Part shown: one piece after another, positions 54,301 through 64,000 of the stretch | Layout: each line of letters opens with the position of its first letter | How positions within the stretch are numbered: the first letter of the stretch is position 1 | NCBI RefSeq assembly: GCF_009914755.1 | Contig: NC_060945.1 | Strand: one strand, 5' to 3' | Source: the human T2T-CHM13v2.0 reference genome, Homo sapiens | DNA length: 64,000 nucleotides | Notes under the pieces: generated by a model | What the model was told of the DNA's origin: nothing | What the model saw: the letters and a program-made list of their open reading frames with translations, nothing else | Databases searched by the model: none | Translations under genes and position numbers: made by a program

Positions 54301-57130
54301 TGCAATGGAACGGAATGGAATCCAATGGAATCAACTGGAACGGAATAGCATAGAATGGAATGGAATGGAATGGAATCAATCCGGGTGGAATGGAATGGAA
54401 TGTATGGAGTGGAATAGAATGGAATGGAGTGGAATGGAATGGAACGGAATGCAGTGGAATTTAATCGAATGGAATCAACCCGAATGGAATGGAACGGAAT
54501 GGAATGGAAAGGAATGGAATTTAATGGAAAGGAATGGAATGGAATGGAAAGGAATGGAATGGAATCAACACGAATGGGATGGAATGGAATGCTATAGAAT
54601 GAACCCGAGTGTAAGGGAAATGCATGGAATGGAATGGAATGGAATGGAATCAACCCAAGTGCAATGGAATTGCATGGAATACAACGGAAGCAACCCGAGT
54701 GGAATGGAATGGAAAGGAATGGAATGTAATGGAATGTAAAGGAATGGAATGGAATCAACCCGAATTGAATGGAATAGAAAGGCATGCAATGGAATGGAAT
54801 GGAAAGCAATGGAATGGAATCAACCCGACTGGAATGGAATGGATTGGAATGGATTGGAGTGGAATGGAAGGCAATGCAATGGAGTGCAATGGATGTCAAT
54901 GCAATGGAATGGAATGGAATGGAAAGGAATGGAACGGAATGGAATTAAATGGCATGGAATGGAATCAACCCGAATGGAATGGATTGGAATGGAATGGAAT
55001 GGAATGGAATGGAATGGAATGGAATCAACCCGAAAGGAATGGAATGGAATAGAAAGGAATGAATGGAATGGAATGGAATGGAATGGAATGGAATGGGATG
55101 GAATCAACCCGAGTGGAATGGAATGGACTGGAATGGAATAGAATGGAATGGAATGGAATGGAATGCAGTGGAATGGAATGGAAGGGAAGGGAACGCAATG
55201 GAATGGAATGGAAAGTAATCAACCCGAGTGGAATGAAATGGAATGTAATGCAATGGAATGGAGCGGAATCAACCTGATTGGATTGGAATGGAATGGAATG
55301 GAAAGCAATGGAATGGAATGGAATGAAATCAACCCGAATGGAATGGAATGGAATGGAAAGGAAAAGAATGGAATGGAATGGAATGGAAACGAATGCAATG
55401 GAATGGAATGGAATGGAATGGAATGGAATGGAATGGAATCATCCCGAGTGGAATGGAATGGCATGGAATGCAATGGAATGGAATGGAACAGAACGGAATG
55501 GAGAGGAATGGAATAGATTGAATCCGAGAGGAATTTACTTGAGTGGAATGGATTGGAATGGAATGCAAGGGATTCAACCCAGTTGAATGTCATGGATTGG
55601 AAAGGAGTGGAATGGAATGGAATGGAAAGGAGTGGAATGGAATGGAATGGAATCAACACGAATGGAATGGAATGGAATGGAATGGAATGGAAACAATACG
55701 AATGAAATGGAACGGAACGGAATGGAATGGAATGCTGTGGAATGGAACGAATTGGAACGAAATAAACACGAATAGAATGGAACAGAATGGAATGGAATGG
55801 AATGCAATGGAATGGTATGGAATGGAATGGAATGGAATGAAATGGAAAGGATCGGAATGGAATTAACCTGAGTGGAACGGAATGGAATGGAAAGGAATCA
55901 ACCCGAGTGGAATGAAATGGAATGTAATGCAATGCAATGGAGCGGAATCAACCTGAGTCGAATGCAATGGAATGGAATGGAAAGGGGTGGAATGGAATGG
56001 AATGGAATGGAATGCAATGGGATGCAATGGAACGGAATGGAATCCAATGGAATCAACTGGAATGGAATAGCATAGAATGGAATGGAATGGAATGGAATCA
56101 ATCCGGGTGGAATGGAATGGAATGTATGGAGTGGAATAGAATGGAATGGAGTGGAAAGGAATGGAATGGAATGCAGTGGAATTTAATCGAATGCAGTCAA
56201 CCCGAATGGAGTGGAACGGAATGGAATGGAATGGAAAGGAATGGAATGGAATGGAAGGGAATGGAATGGAATCAACACGAATGGGATGGAATGGAATGGA
56301 ATGGAATGGAATGGAATGGAATGCAATGGAATGCTATGGAATCAACCCGAGTGTAAGGGAAATGCATAGAATGGAATGGAATGGAATGGAATGGAATGGA
56401 ATCAAGCTAAGTGCAATGGAATGGCATGGAATGCAACGGAATCAACACGAGTGGAATGGAATGGAAAGGAATGGAATGAAATGGAATGGAAAGGAATGGA
56501 ATGGAATCAAACCGAATGGAATGGAATAGAAAGGCATGCAATGGAATGGAATGGAAAGCAATGGAATGGAATCAACCCGACTGTAATGGAATGGAATGGA
56601 AAGGAATCAATGGAATGGAATGGAATGGAATGGAAAGGTATGCAATCAACCCGAGTGGAATGGAATGGAATGGAATGGAATGGAGAAGAATGGAAGGCAA
56701 TTCAAAGGAATGGAATGGAAAGGAATGGAATGGAATGGAATGGAATGGAATGGAATCAACACGAGTAGAATGGAATGTAATGGAATGGAGTGGAATGGAA
56801 TGGAATTGAATGGAATGGAAGGGAACGGAACGGAATGGAATGGAATGGAATGGAATGGAATGGAATGGAATGGAATGAACCCGAATGGAATGGAATGGAA
56901 TGGAATGGAATGGAATGGAATGGAATTGAATGGAATGTAATGGAATGGAATAGAATCAACTCGAGTGGAATGGAATGGAATGGAATGGAGTGGAATGGAA
57001 TGGAATTGAATGGAATGGAATGGAATCAACCCGACTGGAATGGAATGGAATGGAATGGAATGGAATGGAATGGAATGGAACGGCATGGAACGGAATGGAA
57101 TTGAATGGCATGGAATGGAATCAACCCGAT
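51393..57130 (+). repeat. Three diverged tandem units of ~1.7-2.1 kb
   Basis: Unit start CAACCCGA.TGGAATGAAATGGAATGTAATGCAATG..GGAATCAACCTGATTGG at 51393, 53499 and 55220; TAGCATAGAATGG at 52241, 54346 and 56068; GAGTGTAAGGGAAA at 52542, 54607 and 56349. Confidence 0.8.
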
Positions 57131-58924
57131 TGGAATGGTATGGAATGGAATGGAATGGAATGGCATGAAATCAACCCGAGTGTAATGGAAATGAATGGAA
57201 TTCAATGGAATGGAATGGAATGGAATGGAATAGAATGGAATGGAATCAAGCCAAGTGCAATGGAATGAAATAGAATGCAACGGAATCAACCCGAGTGGAA
57301 TGGAATAGAAAGGCATGCAATGGAATGGAATGGAAAGCAATGGAATGGAATCAACGCGACTGGAATGGAATGGAATGTAAAGGAATGAATGGAATGGAAT
57401 GGAATGGAAAGGTATGGAATAAACCCGAGTGGAATGGAATGGTATGGAATGGAATGGAATGGAATGGAATGGAATGGAATGGAATGGAATGGAATGGAGT
57501 GGAATGGAAGGCAATGAAATGGAATGGAATGGAATGGATTGGAATAGAATGGAATGGAATGGAATGGAACGGAATTGAATTGAATGCCATGGAATGAACC
57601 CGAATGGAATGCAATGGAGTGAAATAGAAACAACTCGAGTGGACTGGAATGTAATGGAATGGAGTGGAATGGAATGGAATGGAATGGAATGGAATGGAAT
57701 GGAATGGAATCAACACAAATGGAATGGAATGGAATGGAATGGAATGGAATGGAATGGAATGGAATCAACCCGAATGGTATGGAATGGAATGGAATAGAAA
57801 GGAATGGAATGGAATAGAATGGAATAGAATGGAATCAACCAGAATGACATGGAATGGAATGGAATAGAATGGAATCAACCAGAGTGGAATGGAATGGAAT
57901 GGAATGCAATGGAATTGAACGGAATACAATGGAATTGAATGGAGTCATCCCGATTGGAATGGCATGGTATGGAATGCAATGGAATGGAATGGAACAGCAT
58001 GGAATGGAATGGAATCAATAGATTGAATCCGAGTGGAATTGAATGGAATGGAATGGATTGGAATGGAATGTAATGGATTGGAATGTAAAGGAATCCTTTC
58101 AAACCGATTGGAATGTCATGGATTGGAATGGAGTGGAATGGAATGGAATGGAATGGAAAGGAATGGAGTGGAGTGGAGTAAACACCAGTGGAATGAAATG
58201 GAATGGAATGAAATAGAATGGAATGGAATGGAATGGAATGAACCCGAATGGAATGGAATGGAATGGAATGGAATGAAATCAACTCGCGTGGAATGGAACG
58301 GAATGGAATGGAATTGAATGGAATGGAAAGGAATGGAATCAACTGCAATGGAATGAAATGGATTGGAATGGAGTGGAATGGAATGGAATGCAATGGAATC
58401 AACCCGAGTTTAATGCAATGGAATGGAATGGAATGGAATGGAATGCAATGGAATGGAATGGAATCAACCCGAGTGGAGTGTAATGAAATTGAATGGAATG
58501 GAATGGAATTAACCCGAGTGGAACGGAATGGAATGGAATGGAATGGAATCAACCCGAGTGGAATAAAATGGAATAGAATGGAATGGAATCAACTCGAGAG
58601 GAACAGAATGTAATGCAATGATATGGAATCAACCCGAGTGGAATGGAATGGAAAGGAATGGAATTGAATTAAATGGAAAGGAATGGAATCAACAGTAATT
58701 GAATGAAATGGAATGGAATGGAACAGAACGGAAAGGATTGGAATGGAATATATTGAATCCGAAAGGAATTGACGGCAGTGGAATGGATTGGAATGGAATG
58801 CAAGGGATTCAACCCAGTTGAATGTCATGGATTGGAAAGGAGTGTAATGGAAATGAATGGAATGGAATGGAATGGAATGGAATCAACCCTAGTGCAATGG
58901 AATGGAATAGAATGCAATGGAATC

Positions 58925-59215
58925 AACCTGAGTGGAATGGAATAGAAAGGCATGCAATGGAATGGAATGGAAAGAAATGGAATGGAATTAACCCGACTGG
59001 AATGGAAAGGAATGGAAAGGAATGAAGGGAATGGAATGGAATGGAAATGTACGGAATCAACCCGAGTGGAATGGAATAGAAAGGCATGCAATGGAATGGA
59101 ATAGAAAGCAATGGAATGGAATTAACCCGACTGGAATGGAAAGGAATGGAAAGGAATGAAGGGAATGGAATGGAATGGAAATGTATAGAATCAACCCGAG
59201 TGGAATGCAATGGAA
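58925..59215 (+). repeat. 134-bp tandem duplication
   Basis: AAGGCATGCAATGG...ATTAACCCGACTGG...AATGAAGGGAATGG...GAAATGTA at 58947 and 59081. Confidence 0.88.
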
Positions 59216-61149
59216 TGGAATGGAATGGAATTGAATGGAGTGGAATGGAAGGCAATGGAATGGAATGGAATGGAATGGAATGGAATGGAATGGAATGGAA
59301 CTGAATGGAACTGAACGGAATGGAATTGAATGGCATGGAATGAACCAGAATGGAATGTAATGGAATATAATGGAATGGAATGGAATGGAATGGAATGGAA
59401 TGGATTAGATTCAACTCGATTGGAATGGAATGTAATGGAATGGAGTGAAATGGAATGGAATTGAATGGAATGGAATGGAATGGAATGGAATGGAATGGAA
59501 TGGAATCAGCTTGAATGGAATGGAATGGAATGGAATGGAATGGAATGGAAGGGCATCGAATCAACACGAGTGGAATGGAATGGAATGGAATTCAATGGAA
59601 TGGAATGGTATGGAATCAACCCGAGTGGAATATTATCGAATGGAATGGAATGGAACGGAATGGAAGGGAATAAAATGTAATTAAATGGAATGGAATCAAC
59701 CGGAGTGGAATGGAATGGAATGGACTGTAATGGTATGTAATGGAATGGAATGGAATTAAACGGAAAGGAACGGAATGGAATCAACACGAGTGGAAGGGAA
59801 TGGAATGGAATGGAATGGAATCAACCCGAGTGGAATGGAATGGAATGGAATGCAATGGAATGAAACGGAGTATAATGGAATGGAATGGAAACATCCCGAG
59901 TGGAATGGAATGGTATGAAATGCAATGGAACGGAATGGAACAGAACGGAATGGAATGGAACGGAATAGATTGAATCAGAGAGGAATTGAATGGAGAGGAA
60001 TGGATTGAAATGGAATGCAATGGATTCAACCCTAGTTGAAAGTCATGGATTGGAAAGGAATGGAACGGAACGGAATGGAACGGAGTGGAATGGAATAGAA
60101 TCAACTCGAGTGGAATGGAATTTAATGGAATAGAGTGGAATGGAATGGAATTGAATGGAATGGAATGGAATGGAATTGAATGGAATGGAATCAAACCTAA
60201 TGGAATGGAATGGAATGGTATGGAATCAACCCGAGTGGAATGCAATGGAATCGAATGCAATGGAATGAAACGGAATATAATGGAATGGAATGGAAACATC
60301 CCGAGTGGAATGGAATGCAATAGAACGGAATGGAACAGAACGGAATGGAATGGAACGGAATAGATTGAATCATAGAGGAATTTAATGGAGAGGAATGGAT
60401 TGGAATGGAATGCAATGGATTCAACCCTAGTTGAATGTCATGGATTGGAAAGGAATGGAATGGAATGGAATGGAATGGAGTGGAATGGAATGGAGTGGAC
60501 TCAACACGAATGGAATGGAACGGAATGGAACGGAATGGAATGGAATGGAATGGAATGGAAACAACACGAATAGAATGGAACGGAGTGGAATGGAATGCTG
60601 TGGAATGGAATGGAATGGAATGAAATAAACACGAATAGAATGGAATGGAATGGAATGGAATGGAATGGAATGGAATGGAATGGAATGGAACGGAACGGAA
60701 TGGAATGGAATGGAATGGAATGGAATGGAATGGAACGGAATGGAATTAACCCAAGTGGAATTGGATGGAATGGAAAGGAATCAACCCGAGTGGAATGAAA
60801 TGGAATGTAATGCAATGGAATGGAGCGGAATCAACCTGAGTGGAATGGAATGGAAGGGAATGGAATGGAATGGAATGGAATGGAATGGAATGCAATCAAC
60901 CCGAATGGAATGGAATGGAATGGAATGGAATGGAATGGAATCAACCCGAGTGGAATGGAATGGAATGGAATTGAATGGAATGGAATGGAATGGAATGGAA
61001 TGGAATGGAATGGAATGGAATCAAACTTAATGGAATGGAATGGAATGCTGTGGAATCAACCCGAGTGGAATGCAATGGAATCGAATCCAATGGAATGGCA
61101 TGGAACAGAACGGTAAGTAATGGAATGCAATAGATTGAATCTGAGAGGA

Positions 61150-61700
61150 ATTGACTGGAGTGGAATGGATTGGAATGGAATGCAAGGGATTCAAATCAGT
61201 TGAATGTCATGGATTGGAAAGGAGTGGAATGGAATGGAATGGAAAGCAGTGGAATGGAATGGAATGATATCAACACGAATGGAATTGTACAGAATGGAAT
61301 GGAATGGAATGGAACGGAATGGAATGGAATGGAAACAACACGAATGGAATGGAACGGAACGGAATGGAATGGAATGCTGTGGAATCCAATGGAATGCAAT
61401 GAAATAAAAACGAATAGAATGGAACGGAATGGAATGGGAAGGAATGGAATGGAATGGATTGGAATGGAATGCAAGGGATTCAACCCAGTTGAATGTCATG
61501 GATTGGAAAGGAGTGGAATGGAATAGAATGGAAAGGAGTGGAATGGAATAGAATGGAATCAACATGGTTGAAATGGAACGGAATGGAATGTAATGGAAAC
61601 AACACGAATGGAATGGAACGGAACGGAATGGAATGGAATGCTGTGGAATGGAAAGAATTGGAACGAAATAAACACGAATAGAATGGAACAGAATGGAATG
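61150..61700 (+). repeat. ~290-bp diverged tandem duplication
   Basis: TGCAAGGGATTCAA..CAGTTGAATGTCATGG at 61181 and 61470, each followed by GAAACAACACGAATGG and GAATGCTGTGG. Confidence 0.75.
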
Positions 61701-63372
61701 GAATGGAATGGAATGGAATGGAATGGAATCAACCCGAATGGAATGGAATGGAATGGAATGGAATGGAATGGAATTGAACGGCATGGAATCAACCCGAGTG
61801 GAATGGAATGGAATGGAATTCAATGGAATGCAATGGAATGGAATGGTATGGAATCAACCCGAGTGGAATATTATTGAATGGAATGGAATGGAACGGATTG
61901 GAATGGAATAAAATGTAATGTAATGGAATGGAATCAACCGGAGTGGAATGGAATGGAATGAAGTGGAATGGAATATAATCGAATGGAATGGAATTAAATA
62001 GAAAGGAACAGAATGGAATCAACACGAGTGGAAGGGAATGTAATGGAATGGAATGGAATCAACCCGAGTGGAATGGAATGGAATGGAATGCAATGGAATG
62101 AAACGGAATATAATGGAATGGAATGGAAATATCCCGAGTGGAATGGAATGGTATGGAAGGCAATGGATCGGAATGGAACAGAACGGAATGGAATGGAACG
62201 GAATAGATTGAATCAGAGAGGAATTGAAAGGAGAGAAATGGATTGGAATGGAATGCAATGGATTCAACATTAGTTGAATGTCATGGATTGGAAAGGAATG
62301 GAATGGAATGGAATGGAATGGAATGGAGTGGAATCAACACGAATGGAATGGAACGGAATGGAATGGAAAGGAATGGAATGGAAAGGAATGGAATGGAATG
62401 GAAAGGAAACAACACGAATAGAATGGAACGGAATGGGAGGGAATGCTGTGGAATGGAATGGAATGGAATGAAATAAACAGGAATAGAATGGAACGAAATA
62501 AACACGAATAGAATGGAACGGAATGGAATGGAATGGAATGGAATGCAGTGAAAAGGAAAGGAATGGAATGGAATTAACCCGAGGGGAATTGAATGGAATG
62601 GAAAGGAATCAACCCGAGTGGAATGAAATGGAATGTAATTCAATGGAATGGAGCGGAATCAACTTGAGTGGAATGGAATGGAATGGAATGGAATGGAATG
62701 GAATGGAATGGAATGGAAAGGAATGGAATGGAAAGGAATGGAATGGAATGCAATGGAATGGAATGGAATGGAATCAACCTGAATGGAATGGAACGGAATT
62801 TAAAGGAAAGGAATGGAAAGGAATGGAATGGAATGGAAAGGAATGGAATGGAATGGAATGGAATGGAATGGAATGGAATGGAATGGAATGGAATCATCCC
62901 GAGTGGAATGGAATGGTATGGAATGCAATGGAATGGAAAGGAACAGAACGGAAAGGAATGGAATAGAATAGATTGAATCCGAGAGGAATTGAATGGAGTG
63001 GAATGGATTGGAACGGAATGCAAGGGATTCAACCCAGTTGAATGTCCTGTATTGGAAAGGAGTGGAATGGAATGGAATGGAAAGGAGTGGAATGGAACGG
63101 AATGGAATCAACACAAATGGAATGGAACGGAATGGAATGGAATGGAATGGAATGCAAAGGTATGGAATCAACCCGAGTGGAATGGAGTGGAATGGAATGG
63201 AATGGAATGGAATGGAATGGAATGGAGGGCAATGGAATGGAATGGATTGGAATGGAATGGAATGGAATGGAGTGGAGTGGAAGGCAATGAAATGGAATGG
63301 AATGGAATGGAAGGGAACGGAACGGAATGCAATTATATGGCATGGAATGAGCCCGAATGGAATGGAATGGAA

Positions 63373-64000
63373 TCAACCCGAGTGGAATTGAATGGAATGG
63401 AATGCAATGGAATGAAACGGAATATAATGGAATGGAATGGAAACATACCGAGTGGAATGGAATGGTATGGAATGCAATGGAACGGAATGGAACAGAACGG
63501 AATGGAATGGAATGGAATAGATTGAATCAGAGAGGATTTGAATGGAGAGGAATGGATTGGAATGGAATGCAATGGATTCAACCCTAGTTGAATGTCATGG
63601 ATTGGAAAGGAATGGAACGGAATGGAATGGAATGGAGTGTAATGGAATAGAATCAACTCGAGTGGAATGGAATTTAATGGAATAGAGTGGAATGGAAATG
63701 AATTGAATGGAATGGAATGGAATGGAATGGAATGGAATGGAATGGAATCAACCCTAATGGAATGGAATGGAATGGTATGGAATCAAACCGAGTGGAATGC
63801 AATGGATTCGAATGCAATGGAATGAAAGAGAATATAATGGAATGGAATGGAAACATCCCGAGTGGAATGGAATGGTATGGAATGCAATGGAACGGAATGG
63901 AACAGAACGGAATGGAATGGAACGGAATAGATTGAATCAAAGAGGATTTGAATGGAGAGGAATGGATTAGAATGGAATGCAATGAATTCAACCCTAGTTG
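63373..64000 (+). repeat. >=620-bp block paralogous to ~59820-60430
   Basis: TCAACTCGAGTGGAATGGAATTTAATGGAATAGAGTGG at 60101/63653; CCTAATGG..GGTATGG at ~60196/63753. Offset ~3.55 kb. Confidence 0.82.

Larger units (their letters stand above)
1..64000 (+). repeat. Satellite 3 (HSat3 / satellite III) array, (GGAAT)n with interspersed CAACCCGAGT
   Basis: Continuous GGAAT pentamers from end to end, often in perfect runs of 5-12 units, with common variants GCAAT, GGAGT, GGAAA, GGAAC and AGAAT. GGAATCAACCCGAGTGGAAT and its variants recur every ~50-150 bp. This pentamer plus CAACCCGA(G/A)T combination is the established satellite III signature; the ~23-26-bp CATTCGATTC-rich HSat2 pattern is not seen. 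Confidence 0.97.
44600..64000 (+). repeat. HSat3 sequence domain B (right motif set)
   Basis: ATAGATTGAATC(A/C)GAGAGGAATTGA...GATTCAACCC(T)AGTTGAATGTCATGGATTGG at ~45637, 46195, 46780, 48408, 49197, 51641, 53792, 55513, 59965, 60360, 61130, 62203, 62968, 63517 and 63927. AAAGGCATGCAAT at ~44748, 49611, 52720, 54779, 56531, 57310, 58947 and 59081. GAATATTAT(C/T)GAATGG at ~45300, 45840, 48880, 59629 and 61866. Confidence 0.75.

Noticed and set aside
1-64000. Hundreds of ORFs of 60-339 aa on both strands (MEWNG- and IPFHS-repeat peptides), e.g. 30901-31920 (-) and 7354-8271 (-)
   Set aside because: (GGAAT)n and (ATTCC)n contain no stop codon in any frame, so long overlapping ORFs are expected. 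The peptides are the pentamer translated, with no domain content or frame preference.
1-64000. CRISPR-like pattern: conserved GGAATCAACCCGAGTGGAAT separated by variable stretches
   Set aside because: The spacers are GGAAT runs of irregular length rather than unique sequence; there are no cas genes or leader; the motif is the standard satellite III decamer.
1-64000. Embedded Alu, L1 or other foreign insertion, or a strand inversion
   Set aside because: No non-satellite stretch, poly(A) tail (longest A run ~7 nt) or (ATTCC)n tract on + was seen anywhere.
59820-64000. Assignment to Y-chromosome DYZ1 because of a ~3.55-kb offset
   Set aside because: The match covers only ~620 bp, the upstream contexts differ, and the window lacks a regular homogeneous 3.5-kb period. 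No subfamily or chromosome can be called by eye.
1-64000. Canonical heat-shock elements (alternating inverted nGAAn)
   Set aside because: GAA triplets are direct repeats on one strand; I did not find properly spaced GAAnnTTCnnGAA arrays, so no regulatory feature is called.
1-64000. Telomeric repeat or canonical G-quadruplex tract
   Set aside because: No TTAGGG arrays, and G runs are mostly GG with only scattered GGG/GGGG, not four clustered G3 tracts.

Overview
The whole 64 kb is one uninterrupted array of human/great-ape Satellite 3 (HSat3, classical satellite III). It consists of degenerate (GGAAT)n pentamers punctuated by the 10-bp motif CAACCCGAGT and its variants, with the purine-rich strand on + throughout. 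I see no credible protein-coding gene, RNA gene, transposon insertion, inversion or CRISPR array. Every ORF in the track is a translation artefact of the pentamer (MEWNG on +, IPFHS on -). I cannot support a new biological system here. What the window does show is internal architecture: (i) two domains with different diagnostic motifs (~1-44.3 kb and ~44.6-64 kb); (ii) multi-kb dispersed diverged duplications at offsets of ~6, ~12, ~14 and ~19 kb; (iii) young tandem duplications, including an apparently identical 564-bp pair, a 440-bp pair and a ~1.65-kb triplication; (iv) a strongly one-sided drift of the 5-bp register; and (v) CpG-deamination variants of the 10-bp motif. All comparisons were made by eye, so boundaries are approximate (tens of bp). 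Subfamily and chromosome cannot be assigned without a search.
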